From Hormoscilla sp. SP12CHS1 (GTDB taxonomy: Bacteria; Cyanobacteriota; Cyanobacteriia; Cyanobacteriales; Desertifilaceae), in NCBI GenBank assembly GCA_014324065.1, contig JACOMV010000017.1, forward strand, positions 1 to 59,973: a DNA stretch of 59,973 bases, in the 5' to 3' direction. Every line of letters starts with the position of its first letter. Positions within the stretch are counted from its first letter, which is position 1. The position numbers and the translations under genes are program-made. Under the pieces are notes generated by a model, which was given only the letters and a program-made list of their open reading frames with translations, ran no database searches and was not told the origin of the DNA. Below are positions 35,939-46,635 of this stretch, one piece after another.

Positions 35939-37714
35939 ATGATTGGTAGAAACTGGATGAACTATAGGTACTGGTTACAGCATTGGAAAAAACATCCCGT
36001 AGTTGCTTGGACCCTGTCGATTTTATGCTTATCTCTAGTAACTTGGCTGGCCTTCTTGCGGAATTTGGGCAGTATCGGTCTCATTGACGAGACCGAACCC
36101 CTATTTGCCGAAGCTGCCCGCCAGATGACAGTGACAGATGATTGGATCACTCCCTATTATAATGGTAAAACTCGCTTTGATAAGCCCCCATTGATATACT
36201 GGCTAATAGCAATAGCATACAAAATCATCGGTGTCAATGAATGGGCAGTGCGCTTGCCCTCGGCCCTGGCAGCGATCGCCCTTACATGCTTTTGCTTCTA
36301 CAGCTTAATCGTCATTAATAAATGGCAAAGCCAGGACCGGTTTCTGCCCCAGAAAGTCTGGTTATGGGCGGGGTTTAGTGCCACCATTACCGCTTTCAAT
36401 ATCCATACTATAGCATGGGGAAGGAGTGGGGTTTCTGATATGCTACTGAGTAGCTGCATGGGAACGGCGCTGCTGGCATTTTTCCTCGGCTACGCTGCTG
36501 GCAAACCCCAGGTAAAAGCACGTTGGTATTTGGCTTTTTACATCCTTAGTGCCCTGGCAGTGCTGGCCAAGGGACCGGTAGGAATTGTGCAGCCAGGGCT
36601 GATTATCGCTAGCTTTCTACTTTACCTGGGTAAGGCTAAGGAAGTCTTGCAGGAAATGCCGCGGCGGCGCGGTTTGTTGATTTTTATGGCGATCGCCCTA
36701 CCTTGGTATATAATGGTAACTTGGGTGCATGGTTTAGATTATCTGGAATCTTTCTTTGGCTATCATAACCTAGAACGCTTTACCACTGTCGTGAATAAGC
36801 ATTCAGCCCCCTGGTACTTTTACTTTATAGTGGTACTCGTAGGTTTTGCTCCCTGGTCCCTTTACTTGCCAGCGGCGATCGGGCAAACAAAATTCTGGCA
36901 GCGTCGATGGTGGCGTCATCAACCCCGCTGCCACCATCTGAGTCTGTTTGCCCTGTTCTGGTTTGCCTCAATATTCGGCTTCTTCACCATCGCCGTCACC
37001 AAACTTCCCAGTTATGTATTGCCCTTAATGCCTGCTGCTGCTATCCTAGTATCACAGCTACTGCGTCACCCAGATAAACCTTCTGGGAAAAACTACCCCA
37101 TGTTGTGGAGCGCGATCGCCAATGTCCTGTTTGCCTGTGCTGTTGCTGGGGTGCTTCTCTATAGTCCCCGCTGGCTAGGAGAGGATCCTGCCATGCCCAA
37201 CTTACCCCAAGCACTGCTGGAGTCGGGGTTAATTATCAGGGCCGTCTCGATCTTGACCTTAGCCGCCGCTGCTGCTACAATATTTATCCTGGCACGCCGA
37301 ATAACTTGGCTTTGGGGAGTAAACCTGTTGGCTTTTATTGCTATCACGATCTTTGTGCTCGCGCCACTATTTTCCCTGATCGACGGCCAGCGTCAGCTGC
37401 CCTTGCGGCAGTTAGCCAAGACAGTAGTCGAGGTAAGACTGCCAGCAGAAAAGTTGATAATGATTGGCTTTGAAAAACCCAGTTTAGTATTTTACACTGG
37501 GCAGCCGGTAAAATACTATCTGCAAGCCATAAAAGCGGTCAGACGCATGAAACAAATGGCTGTTAGAGAACCAGCACCGGAGACTATCTTGATTTTGGGC
37601 GAGTCGAAAAAAATTGCTAAAATTGGATTTAGCGATCGCCAGTATCAGTATTTAGGTAAAGCTGGAGCTTATGAACTCCTGCGCGTATCAAAGCATGAAT
37701 TTCTGAAACTTTAA
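35939..37714 (+). CDS. Family 39 glycosyltransferase (ArnT/PMT-like)
   Basis: DETEPLFAEAARQM...TPYYNGKTRFDKPPLIYW and many TM segments. Confidence 0.85.
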   Translation: MIGRNWMNYRYWLQHWKKHPVVAWTLSILCLSLVTWLAFLRNLGSIGLIDETEPLFAEAARQMTVTDDWITPYYNGKTRFDKPPLIYWLIAIAYKIIGVNEWAVRLPSALAAIALTCFCFYSLIVINKWQSQDRFLPQKVWLWAGFSATITAFNIHTIAWGRSGVSDMLLSSCMGTALLAFFLGYAAGKPQVKARWYLAFYILSALAVLAKGPVGIVQPGLIIASFLLYLGKAKEVLQEMPRRRGLLIFMAIALPWYIMVTWVHGLDYLESFFGYHNLERFTTVVNKHSAPWYFYFIVVLVGFAPWSLYLPAAIGQTKFWQRRWWRHQPRCHHLSLFALFWFASIFGFFTIAVTKLPSYVLPLMPAAAILVSQLLRHPDKPSGKNYPMLWSAIANVLFACAVAGVLLYSPRWLGEDPAMPNLPQALLESGLIIRAVSILTLAAAAATIFILARRITWLWGVNLLAFIAITIFVLAPLFSLIDGQRQLPLRQLAKTVVEVRLPAEKLIMIGFEKPSLVFYTGQPVKYYLQAIKAVRRMKQMAVREPAPETILILGESKKIAKIGFSDRQYQYLGKAGAYELLRVSKHEFLKL

Positions 37715-37865
37715 CTCAAGGTGATGGCGATAATTTACAATTAGTAATTAGCAATGAACGAGGAAGAAATGATGACATTCCATAACCCGCCAACAGAGCA
37801 ACAAGGTATTTATCGTTACGATCCAACCAGCATCAAAACGGGGGGCAGCGCGGAGATTTACCGAA

Positions 37866-38252
37866 GTGGGAGAAGATGGAATCCTGCGTTATATTGTGAG
37901 GAAAATGCGGGATAACCTGGTAGACAAAGGTAAAGTTTCAGAACCTTTAATCCAGATGCTGTCAGGACTAGAGGAAATCCGTAAGAGGATAGAACAGGGG
38001 TGGGGAAAAGTAACGAAATTACTGGCAGATTGGGAATTCATTAATTCCGGGTGGCTGAACTTTAACCTGCCTCCGGGAGAACAGTTCAATACTAGCTATG
38101 CTGTAGAGCGTCGGGCAATAGCACAAATAATGGTAGCTGCAATGGAGGCAGGTAGTGAGGCGGCATCCATGGCGGCAAAAGAGGGATGCTCTCAAACGGA
38201 ACATTCCCATCGCCAACGGATGCGGTTCTTCCAGGAAATTGTCAATTGCTAA
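37866..38252 (+). CDS. Hypothetical protein
   Basis: 128-aa ORF with a GTG start. A G6 run at 37840-37845 separates it from an upstream ATG-initiated frame (37754), so the true 5-prime end is unclear. Confidence 0.3.
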   Translation: MGEDGILRYIVRKMRDNLVDKGKVSEPLIQMLSGLEEIRKRIEQGWGKVTKLLADWEFINSGWLNFNLPPGEQFNTSYAVERRAIAQIMVAAMEAGSEAASMAAKEGCSQTEHSHRQRMRFFQEIVNC

Positions 38253-38408
38253 TTGTTCGTGGCTAATTGTTCATGAGGCGATCTCCCCCTTGACATCAGC
38301 TCGGACAGATCCGGGCGATCGCTACTTTATATCCTTATATCTCCGGTGTTTAATATTAAGTAACCGGCGCTAAATTATATTATACCGGCGATCCGCCCGT
38401 CGGACGAA

Positions 38409-41003
38409 CTAACCAGAAGATGCGGCCACCTGAATCACCTGCAACAATGTAGAAGATGCTGGCAGAGAACCAATCTGTACTAGACAGGGAAATACTGAAA
38501 GACCCTTGACTTGATTAGCAGCCTGAGTGGTTGACTGACTTACTGTTACTAAAGGCAGAGAAGCAAGGGTTTCGTTCTCGCTTAACTCCTGCAACAAAGC
38601 CAGAGGGTTTAAAGTATCGTTGAGTAGGATGACATCAGGCTTCCAGATTTTTGCCAATAGTGAAGCCTGATCCAGATCCGAAGATTCGATAATTCTGTGC
38701 TTCGGCGTGGAGTTCGATCCCCAGTTAAACAGGTTGCAACAACCTGTATTTATAGCACTAGCACTCAAACAGAGAATTGTCAGCTGCCGACGATCGGTTT
38801 CTGGCGGCGCTGTCTCGTGAGTAGTGCTTGAGGCGCTCCCACGAGACAGCGAAGGGGCTAGTTGTCCCATCAAGCGAGATAACTGCTTATGCAATACCTG
38901 GCTTTCTACAGGTAAGCTCAAAAACTCATCAACTATGATATCATCCAGGTTAGCTGTGCTTACGCTTGAGATCGCGATCGCCCGAATATGGCAAGTTGCT
39001 GGATCGGACTTAAGTTGCTTGAGTACCTCTGCCCCCGATAACAGGGGATTAGTCACATTCGAGAAGATCGCACTCGGTTGCATGCACCGAGCTTTCTGCA
39101 GGGCTTCCGCCTGAGAACGGGCAACCAGGCCGAAGTAGCTTAACTCCCGCAGCTGCTCTGTCAAATCTGAAATGACGTCCGGGTTTGTCTCTAGGATCAA
39201 CATTAAGGAACTCCCGATCGTTGGCCTATCTACCCGTTCTGCCCGATCGTCTGCTGCCGGTAATAGCAGAGTAAACTCGCTACCTTTACCTTCTCTAGAA
39301 ATAAAAGTGACTTCGCCACCGTGCAGTTGCGCCAGACCTTGAGTTAAAAGCAGTCCCAAATCCGTGCTGGAACTGCTTTGAGTGAGGGTATTTTCCAGTT
39401 TTGGGAATTTTTGCAAGATTAACTGCTGCGAAGGATCCCTAATACCCACACCTTTATCCCACACCGTAAAGCCAATCCAATTATTACTCCAGTTGCTGAC
39501 TCGTAAGCCAATTTCATCTGTGGGATCTGTAAACTTGACGGCGTTGTCCAGCAGGTTAAGCAGCATCTGCTGCAGGCGCAACTCATCAGCCACGATCTCC
39601 TCTAAATTGGGTGCGATTTCCAGGGTAAAGCGCCGAGAGTCCCCCACCTCTGACAGTGACTGCTGTACGCGATCTTTGACACCCTGGCAAACTTTCGCGA
39701 TCTCAACCGAGTCAGGTTTGAGCAATAGTTGCCCAGTTTCTAGGCGACTCAAATCCACTAAATTGTTGACTATCTTCATCATCTGACGCCCGCTTTCACG
39801 GATATGTCCGGCGTACTGGGCTTGCCGTTGGGTTAATGGGTGTTGCTTGTCATTCAACAGCAGACTGGACAAACCGAGAATTGCAGTGATCTGCGTCTTG
39901 AGTTCGTGACTGATGCTGAGTAAAAATTCATCTTTGCGGACCTGCTCCATCTCGGCATTTTCAGCTGACATTTTCCGTGCTTCTGACTGTGGTGAAATCT
40001 GAGTCGCAAGCACCAGCCATAGGGGTTCTAGACCGAGATTAGATACCTTACATGTTCTGCCTTCACTCGTGACTGCTCTATTATACTCGTCGCCGATCGC
40101 TCCTACCCTTGTCAGCACTGGGCTACAAACCGCTTGCTCCCATGAAGCTGCATCTATGCTACATAAACTGGCTAACTCTGGGTAGGAGTAAGGGATATTG
40201 TCCAGAGGAATTTTCACGAACTGCCATGACCCCACTGTTTCTTCTAGGACTGGGTCAAATTCCATACTCACTGGGCAACACAGAGGTGAAAACAAGGCGG
40301 TAGCTGTCTGTGCTAGACTTATCTGGGCCGCATAGGACGGGGGAGTTAACTTCTGCGATGCAGTTTCCAGTCCGATCCAGTCTCTCGCGGGAATTGCTCC
40401 GACCAAGCTACGCCATGCCATATTTTCGCTCAAGACAACGCCAGAATTGCTTTGCAGCCTCAGAGGCATCGGTAAAATCTCCAAGATTTCCACCAGAGAA
40501 TTGGCATCTAGCTTCGGAGAAGGCCGCAAGGGTCTGATACCCCGATTCTGGTATAATACATTTGACCCTGCTGTCGGGGTCGGTACTGGCTCTTCGAGAT
40601 CTTTACTGACTAGGTATTTCAACAGGCTGTGACAATCGAGCAGTCCTAAGAACTCTCCATCAGAATTTACCAAGGCTACTGGACCAGTGCCAGATTGGGT
40701 TCCCTGGTACTCCCGACAGAATTCAGGCCAGCGAAGGTCAGCAGGTATGGTCGCGATCGCTTCCACGATCGGGGTTTGCGATAGGGGCTGCTGCCAATCT
40801 AGAGCCTTTCCCATCAGGTAGGGCATTAACTTGGAGAGATTTACCAATCCCACTGGTTGCTGGCGGTCATCGACCACTATGATTTGTTCCCAATGCCCCT
40901 GGCCAAATATACTAGTGACTTCTGCTGCGGCAGCAGTCTGGAGGCAGACGGGAACTGGAGCGATAAATTTTAGTAGAGGGGTGCTATTCATTGACATGGC
41001 CAA
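38409..41003 (-). CDS. Multidomain sensor histidine kinase (CBS-like N-terminus, HisKA/HATPase, C-terminal receiver-like regions)
   Basis: H-box FLLSISHELKTQ, N-box LLDNAVKFT, and DKGVGI. Divergent from kaiA. Confidence 0.8.
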   Translation of the reverse strand: MAMSMNSTPLLKFIAPVPVCLQTAAAAEVTSIFGQGHWEQIIVVDDRQQPVGLVNLSKLMPYLMGKALDWQQPLSQTPIVEAIATIPADLRWPEFCREYQGTQSGTGPVALVNSDGEFLGLLDCHSLLKYLVSKDLEEPVPTPTAGSNVLYQNRGIRPLRPSPKLDANSLVEILEILPMPLRLQSNSGVVLSENMAWRSLVGAIPARDWIGLETASQKLTPPSYAAQISLAQTATALFSPLCCPVSMEFDPVLEETVGSWQFVKIPLDNIPYSYPELASLCSIDAASWEQAVCSPVLTRVGAIGDEYNRAVTSEGRTCKVSNLGLEPLWLVLATQISPQSEARKMSAENAEMEQVRKDEFLLSISHELKTQITAILGLSSLLLNDKQHPLTQRQAQYAGHIRESGRQMMKIVNNLVDLSRLETGQLLLKPDSVEIAKVCQGVKDRVQQSLSEVGDSRRFTLEIAPNLEEIVADELRLQQMLLNLLDNAVKFTDPTDEIGLRVSNWSNNWIGFTVWDKGVGIRDPSQQLILQKFPKLENTLTQSSSSTDLGLLLTQGLAQLHGGEVTFISREGKGSEFTLLLPAADDRAERVDRPTIGSSLMLILETNPDVISDLTEQLRELSYFGLVARSQAEALQKARCMQPSAIFSNVTNPLLSGAEVLKQLKSDPATCHIRAIAISSVSTANLDDIIVDEFLSLPVESQVLHKQLSRLMGQLAPSLSRGSASSTTHETAPPETDRRQLTILCLSASAINTGCCNLFNWGSNSTPKHRIIESSDLDQASLLAKIWKPDVILLNDTLNPLALLQELSENETLASLPLVTVSQSTTQAANQVKGLSVFPCLVQIGSLPASSTLLQVIQVAASSG

Positions 41004-41246
41004 ACAGCGAGTGCGGGCAGCGTAGCGTGTTGCTTGCCCTTCCCGAGTCGAACCGGAGATCGCCCAGGGGCAAAAGCTTCAAGGGGTAGGCTACAGATCA
41101 ATTATGGCGGACGTGACGCACCAACAGGTACCTTGTCATCATAATTTGTAACAATTTTTTGTTTAAATGCTTCAAATAATGTAAAGTATTATTAGGAAAA
41201 CTCCCATAAACAGAGTTTTTCTGGTCCACGTAGCAACTGAGTTCAG

Positions 41247-42182
41247 GTGTCCCATACGGTCTCGCGTTCTCCCCTGTCAATCTGTACTTTCCTCCGCTCT
41301 GATGCCCTGGAGCGGTCGGTACTCCAATTCTTGAGTGCCGATCGCTATCAGGTCATCCCGATCGCGGCAGAGCTGGAATTTTTCCGCCTGCTCTCCCAGT
41401 CCAAACAGCAGATCGATTGCCTGATTTTGCAAGAGGTGCCGGAGTTGCCTCAAATTGTCCATCAACTGAGTCAACTACGTACCCTGCTACCAATGGTGGT
41501 GCTCTCCCGCTCGCCAGCATCAACTCTTACTAGGCATCCCACTGGCGGAACCGCTCCCTTGGGCGCAACTGACGATCTCTCTGAGACACCAGGATTATAT
41601 GATAGCTACTATAGGACTGCTATCCGGGTGTCGGTAGCTGAACTGGAACAGATTCCCGACGCGATCGAACTGGCGATCGCCGAATTCCTCAAGCTCTCTG
41701 CTCTTGGTGTTGACTTGTCCGATAGTAAATATTCCTTAGATGCTCTGACTACCCAGAGCTTGTTAACAGTTCAGCAGCAGTCGCAGACGTGTCTAGCTCA
41801 AAAGCTGAAGGAGCGACTAGGATATCTAGGCGTGTATTACAAAAGAGACCCCAAAAACTTCTTCCGCTATCTGCCTCCGGCACAAAAGCAGGAGTTGCTA
41901 GGGAACTTGAAAGCGGATTATCGAGAAATCATCTTAAGTTATTTTGATAATGATAATAGTCTGAATCAAACAATTGATGAATTTGTTGATTTATGTTTTT
42001 TCACGGATGTTTCAGTTTCTCAAATTGTGGAAATCCACATGGATTTAATGGATGAATTTTCAAAACAATTACAAATGGAAAATCGCAGTGAAGATATATT
42101 ACTTGACTATCGCCTGACATTAATTGATATCATAGCTCATTTATGTGAAATGTATAGACGCTCGATTCCCAGAGAATCATAA
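41247..42182 (+). CDS. kaiA: Circadian clock protein KaiA
   Basis: C-terminus EIHMDLMDEFSKQL..RSEDILLDYRLTLIDIIAHLCEMYRRSIP is nearly identical to S. elongatus KaiA. GTG start. Confidence 0.93.
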   Translation: MSHTVSRSPLSICTFLRSDALERSVLQFLSADRYQVIPIAAELEFFRLLSQSKQQIDCLILQEVPELPQIVHQLSQLRTLLPMVVLSRSPASTLTRHPTGGTAPLGATDDLSETPGLYDSYYRTAIRVSVAELEQIPDAIELAIAEFLKLSALGVDLSDSKYSLDALTTQSLLTVQQQSQTCLAQKLKERLGYLGVYYKRDPKNFFRYLPPAQKQELLGNLKADYREIILSYFDNDNSLNQTIDEFVDLCFFTDVSVSQIVEIHMDLMDEFSKQLQMENRSEDILLDYRLTLIDIIAHLCEMYRRSIPRES

Positions 42183-42245
42183 TTGAGGGGGGATTAGTTG
42201 GGCAATAAATGTAGATAAAGGAAAAAGGAGAAAGGAAAAAAGATT

Positions 42246-42560
42246 ATGATACCGCTAAAAAAAACATACATTCTCAAGCTGTACGTGGCGGGAAATACTC
42301 CCAAATCGGTACGGGCCTTGAAAACGCTGAATGATATCCTGGAACAGGAGTTTCAAGGGGTATACGCCCTGAAGGTAATCGATGTGCTGAAAAACCCCCA
42401 ACTGGCGGAAGAAGATAAGATATTAGCTACGCCAACCCTGGCGAAAATCTTACCGCCACCGGTGCGGAAGATAATCGGCGATCTCTCAGACCGAGAAAAG
42501 GTGCTGATTGGACTAGATCTGTTGTATGATGAACTACGAGAGGATGAGCGCAACAGTTGA
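42246..42560 (+). CDS. kaiB: Circadian clock protein KaiB
   Basis: [26 protein letters not shown]...[22 protein letters not shown]. Confidence 0.95.
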   Translation: MIPLKKTYILKLYVAGNTPKSVRALKTLNDILEQEFQGVYALKVIDVLKNPQLAEEDKILATPTLAKILPPPVRKIIGDLSDREKVLIGLDLLYDELREDERNS

Positions 42561-42651
42561 ATTATAATAGAGAAAAATTAACCAAATGCTGCGGCCCAGG
42601 TAAAAATTGACAAAAATTATCTACCTGTGGGCAAGGAGAATGACAAAAAGT

Positions 42652-44205
42652 ATGAATAAAGTTAAGAAAAATAAACAGCAAGAAGAAGAGTTTCTGACTG
42701 GGGTAAAAAAGATTCGCACCCTGATAGAGGGCTTCGATGATATCAGTCATGGAGGTCTGCCGGTAAGTAGAAGCACCCTAGTCAGTGGCACATCTGGTAC
42801 TGGTAAGACTTTATTGGCAGTTCAGTTTATCTATAATGGCATCACCCATTTTCAGGAAGCGGGGGTGTTTGTCACTTTTGAAGAGTCTCCCTCGGACATT
42901 ATTACAAATGCTCAAAGTTTTAATTGGGATTTGCAAAAGTTCGTAGATGAGGGCAAGTTGTTCATTCTGGATGCTTCCCCGGATCCAGAAGGACAGGATA
43001 TCGTTGGGAATTTTGACCTGTCGGCCCTGATCGAACGCTTGCAATACGCGATTAGAAAATATAAGGCGAAGCGGGTGTCGATAGACTCAGTGACGGCTGT
43101 GTTTCAGCAGTATGACGCGGCCTCGGTAGTGCGCCGGGAAATATTTCGCCTGGTGGCACGCCTGAAACAAGTAGGGGTGACTACCATCATGACGACAGAA
43201 CGGGAGGCGGAGTATGGAGCAGTTGCTAGGTTTGGGGTGGAGGAGTTTGTCTCAGATAATGTGGTAATAGTCCGGAATGTTTTGGAAGGGGAACGCCGAC
43301 GCCGGACGATCGAGATATTGAAACTTCGGGGTACGACTCATATGAAAGGTGAGTACCCCTTTACCATTACCAATGATGGTATTAATATTTTCCCACTGGG
43401 GGCTATGCGACTGACTCAACGTTCTTCTAATGTTCGGGTTTCCTCTGGGGTGAAAACTCTCGACGAAATGTGTGGCGGCGGTTTCTTCAAGGATTCCATT
43501 ATTCTGGCCACGGGGGCCACGGGTACGGGTAAGACCCTGTTGGTGAGTAAGTTCTTACAAGATGGCTGTACTAAGGGCGATCGGGTAATCCTGTTTGCCT
43601 ACGAAGAGTCACGGGCCCAACTGTTCCGCAATGCATCTTCTTGGGGGATCGATTTTGAGGATCTAGAACGCCAAGGATTGTTAAAACTCCTCTGCGCCTA
43701 CCCGGAGTCAGCGGGGTTGGAAGACCACCTCCAGATGATTAAATCGGAGATTACTGAGTTTAAACCCTCTCGCATCGCGATCGACTCTCTCTCAGCTTTG
43801 GCCAGGGGAGTCAGTAACAATGCTTTTCGCCAGTTTGTGATTGGCGTCACTGGTTATGCCAAGCAGGAGGAAATTACAGGCTTTTTCACCAATACCACCG
43901 ACCAGTTCATGGGGTCTCATTCGATTACCGATTCCCACATTTCCACGATCACGGATACAATTTTGATGTTGCAGTACGTGGAAATCAGAGGAGAAATGTC
44001 CCGCGCCATCAACGTGTTCAAAATGCGGGGTTCCTGGCACGATAAAGGCATCCGCGAGTATACCATCAGCGCACGAGGTCCAGAAATTAAAGATTCCTTC
44101 CGCAACTATGAAGGGATTATCAGTGGTTCTCCTTCTAAGATATCTGTGGACGAAAGGGGCGAACTTGCCCGCATTGTCAGAGGGGTGCAGCAGAAAACAG
44201 ATTAA
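42652..44205 (+). CDS. kaiC: Circadian clock protein KaiC
   Basis: Two Walker A motifs (GTSGTGKT, GATGTGKT) and near-identity to S. elongatus KaiC along the whole length. Start chosen at MNKVKK (alternatives at 42607 and 42640). Confidence 0.95.
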   Translation: MNKVKKNKQQEEEFLTGVKKIRTLIEGFDDISHGGLPVSRSTLVSGTSGTGKTLLAVQFIYNGITHFQEAGVFVTFEESPSDIITNAQSFNWDLQKFVDEGKLFILDASPDPEGQDIVGNFDLSALIERLQYAIRKYKAKRVSIDSVTAVFQQYDAASVVRREIFRLVARLKQVGVTTIMTTEREAEYGAVARFGVEEFVSDNVVIVRNVLEGERRRRTIEILKLRGTTHMKGEYPFTITNDGINIFPLGAMRLTQRSSNVRVSSGVKTLDEMCGGGFFKDSIILATGATGTGKTLLVSKFLQDGCTKGDRVILFAYEESRAQLFRNASSWGIDFEDLERQGLLKLLCAYPESAGLEDHLQMIKSEITEFKPSRIAIDSLSALARGVSNNAFRQFVIGVTGYAKQEEITGFFTNTTDQFMGSHSITDSHISTITDTILMLQYVEIRGEMSRAINVFKMRGSWHDKGIREYTISARGPEIKDSFRNYEGIISGSPSKISVDERGELARIVRGVQQKTD

Positions 44206-44218
44206 TAAGTGTTAAAGC

Positions 44219-44244
44219 GTAGTAAGCGCTTTAGCGCTTACTAC
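44219..44244 (+). terminator. Family-B hairpin 14 nt after the kaiC stop (possible terminator)
   Basis: GTAGTAAGCGCT-TT-AGCGCTTACTAC has a 12-bp stem. There is no U-tract, so terminator function is uncertain. Confidence 0.35.
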
Positions 44245-44256
44245 AAACGGATATTA

Positions 44257-45083
44257 TCAGCTTAAAAGAGTCAAAATACCCTCGTACATCTCAATTACCT
44301 TGTCTTCACCACCATCAGCAACAATATGGGCAAAAGCGGGGGATGAATTGGCCTCAATCAGCCACCATTGGCTATTCTCATCAATAGCAATATCTAAACC
44401 ACAAAATCCAATCATCTTTTTGACAAAAATTGGCGCACAAAATTGTTTTATTTGGGCTAATAATGTCCCATCCTCGATTAAAATTGCCTTGGCCCCCTCC
44501 CAATGTAACGGACTAAATTTCCCTGGAACTTGGCCCCGCGTATACTCTTTTCATAAGCAAAAGATAATTCACCATTAACATAAACTGCCCGGTACTCTGT
44601 TCTGATGCGCAGATAGTCTTGCGCTATGGCTATTCGATCGAAGTCTTTACTATTGACATTAAATATAGTCTCGATCGCCTCTTTCAGTTCTGATTTACTA
44701 TTTACCTTAAAAACATTATTACCAGTCGTACCGCTATTTCTCTTAACTATCAAAGGATATTGAAACTCCTTGGAAATGCTGGTTAAAATTTCTGCAATAG
44801 TTTTTTCTTTTTGCCCCTGAAAATATTTAGGATCGGCATGAGGATTGACAAATGCTCGGCCACGAGGCATGTTGATGACATCTTTGAAAAAGCTGTAAAA
44901 GTAATCTTTATCTTCACATAACCGCGCCACCCCATGGGAGTTTAACGGCGTTGTAAAATTAATAAACAGGTAGGAATTATTTTTGCCTAAAACTTCCACC
45001 ATATTCCGATCTTTATGGTAAATTTTATAGTCAACTCCCATTCTTTGACAAGCTTTAATTAAGACTTTGAGATTTGTGTTCAT
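44257..45083 (-). pseudogene. ATP-grasp family gene with a 1-nt frameshift
   Basis: N-terminal 200 aa are in one frame (to RGAKFQGN). The C-terminal part (FSPLHWEGAKAIL...GLDIAIDENSQWWLIEANSSPAF) is in another, with the switch at ~44517-44523 in an AAATTT run. This could be a sequencing error. Confidence 0.55.
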
Positions 45084-45171
45084 AATACTTACCCTAACCA
45101 TTTTTGCAGGGTATTCTGCAAGTATATCCAATGGAGAAGGATATCAACTGCTTTTGAACACACGCCAATAC

Positions 45172-45250
45172 CACCGGTTGGGTTTCGGACCTCTACCAAC
45201 CTACATTCTTCCTATCACCGGTTGGGTTTCGGACCTCTACCCAACCTACA
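45172..45250. repeat. Two tandem family-F hairpin units just downstream of tRNA-Arg
   Basis: CACCGGTTGGGTTTCGGACCTCTACC(C)AACCTACA at 45172-45205 and 45216-45250. Confidence 0.8.
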
Positions 45251-45252
45251 AA

Positions 45253-45325
45253 CGAGCACGGAGGGATTTGAACCCCCGGCACCCAGAACCGGAATCTGGT
45301 GCTCTATCCACTGAGCTACGTGCCC
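45253..45325 (-). tRNA. tRNA-Arg (anticodon CCG)
   Basis: The reverse complement folds as a cloverleaf. Acceptor GGGCACG/CGTGCTC, D-arm TAGCTCAGTGGATAGAGC, anticodon stem CCAGA/TCTGG with loop TTCCGGT, and T-arm GGGGGTTCAAATCCCTC. CCA is not encoded. Confidence 0.9.
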
Positions 45326-45337
45326 TGATATTTTCTT

Positions 45338-45365
45338 ACTATAGCACTCTGGGGTAAAATTGCAA
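45338..45365 (-). promoter_or_regulatory. Candidate tRNA promoter (TTGCAA-16-TATAGT on the minus strand)
   Basis: The -10 element ends 12 nt upstream of the tRNA 5-prime end. Confidence 0.4.
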
Positions 45366-45446
45366 CAATTTTTGGTCAAGATTGACGAAAATTGTTGATT
45401 TAGACTATCTGTGGCCATAAGGTGGGCATGGCCCACCCGACAAAAG

Positions 45447-46463
45447 TTATTTCAGCTGAAAGCTAGTACCCCGGTAGCATCCTTGAAAAGAAGTCAGTTG
45501 GGTCCTAGTGTACTGCTCCAGTCTCTGCACTAGCAAAGGCTTGTATTCCAAGGTATTGAGCCATTTATAGGAGAAATGACCTGGACGATACCTAATATGA
45601 ATATACTTGTCAACGGGAACTCCGTCAACTCCTGAGATGCTTTGCTGGTGGTATCCATTGAGGATGATGTGCTCGATTTCCACTCCTGGGGATAGGGTGA
45701 CATTCCAATGTACCGGTTCATAGGAGGACAGAGCCAGAATAATAGGTTTCTCTTGACGCTGCACCTTCACCTCCACCAGTCCCGTGGGATGATATCCAGC
45801 ACTATGGTCCGATCGCGCCTCATATACACTAATTACATGCAGCTCTTTAGAACCAATAGTTCGGGCAAAATAGGCCGAAAAATCTCCTGAACCACCGTCA
45901 CCGCAGGCGACTAGAGGAGTTTGTGTTGTAGCTTGCTGCTTATCCAGGATGGGTTTCAACCAATACCAACCACCGATAGCCACAGCAGCGATCGAAGCCG
46001 CACCCATCCCGAGTGGGATAATATTTTTCAGGTTGCGGAAACCCTCAGAGTTTGTCAAGCGCTCCAGGTTATTCTTGAGCGCGTCACCTATTTCTTGGAA
46101 GAAATTATTGTTGCCATCCAGAGAGGCTAACAATGCCAAACTTTCCGGCGCTTCCAGTAGACTTTGCACGTCCGGACCCAGACCTACATAGAGATTTCTG
46201 CTGTGCCGGTCTAAAAGGATCCAGTATTGGTCTGCTGCGCCCAGGTTATAGTCTTGCACTGAGGGACTGACTTGGGGGTGTTGCAGGAAAACCTGCCAGG
46301 CCACACCGTTACCGGTGCCGATATTTTCCCCATCATTGTACATGGCTTGGTTGAGTTGGGGTTCCCAGTGCCAAGCTACCCAACGACTATTAGCTTGATA
46401 GCCTAGAGTTCTTTCCAGTCGGGGATGGGCCGTAGCGTTTAAGCGTTCAACTAAATTGGGCAT
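45447..46463 (-). CDS. Hypothetical protein with a central TM segment
   Basis: 338-aa ORF with TM IPLGMGAASIAAVAIGGWYWL. No motif recognised. Confidence 0.45.
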   Translation of the reverse strand: MPNLVERLNATAHPRLERTLGYQANSRWVAWHWEPQLNQAMYNDGENIGTGNGVAWQVFLQHPQVSPSVQDYNLGAADQYWILLDRHSRNLYVGLGPDVQSLLEAPESLALLASLDGNNNFFQEIGDALKNNLERLTNSEGFRNLKNIIPLGMGAASIAAVAIGGWYWLKPILDKQQATTQTPLVACGDGGSGDFSAYFARTIGSKELHVISVYEARSDHSAGYHPTGLVEVKVQRQEKPIILALSSYEPVHWNVTLSPGVEIEHIILNGYHQQSISGVDGVPVDKYIHIRYRPGHFSYKWLNTLEYKPLLVQRLEQYTRTQLTSFQGCYRGTSFQLK

Positions 46464-46635
46464 CTCGCTTCCAGGCTGTTTACAGTTTCGTCTATGATAA
46501 CTTCTTTTGTCATCGGTTGGGTTGACCCAACCGGAGATTGCGGCGGCACAATGGTTCCCGACTGCGGCGTTATGGTTGCAGCCTGCTGCTGGTGGGCGGT
46601 GCCTGGTGGGCGGTGCCCACCCTACCGGTTGCTAC

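Noticed and set aside
37754-38252. Possible frameshift at a G6 run joining an upstream ATG frame to ORF 37866-38252
   Set aside because: Neither frame has recognisable homology, so a disruption cannot be told apart from a simple GTG-initiated ORF.
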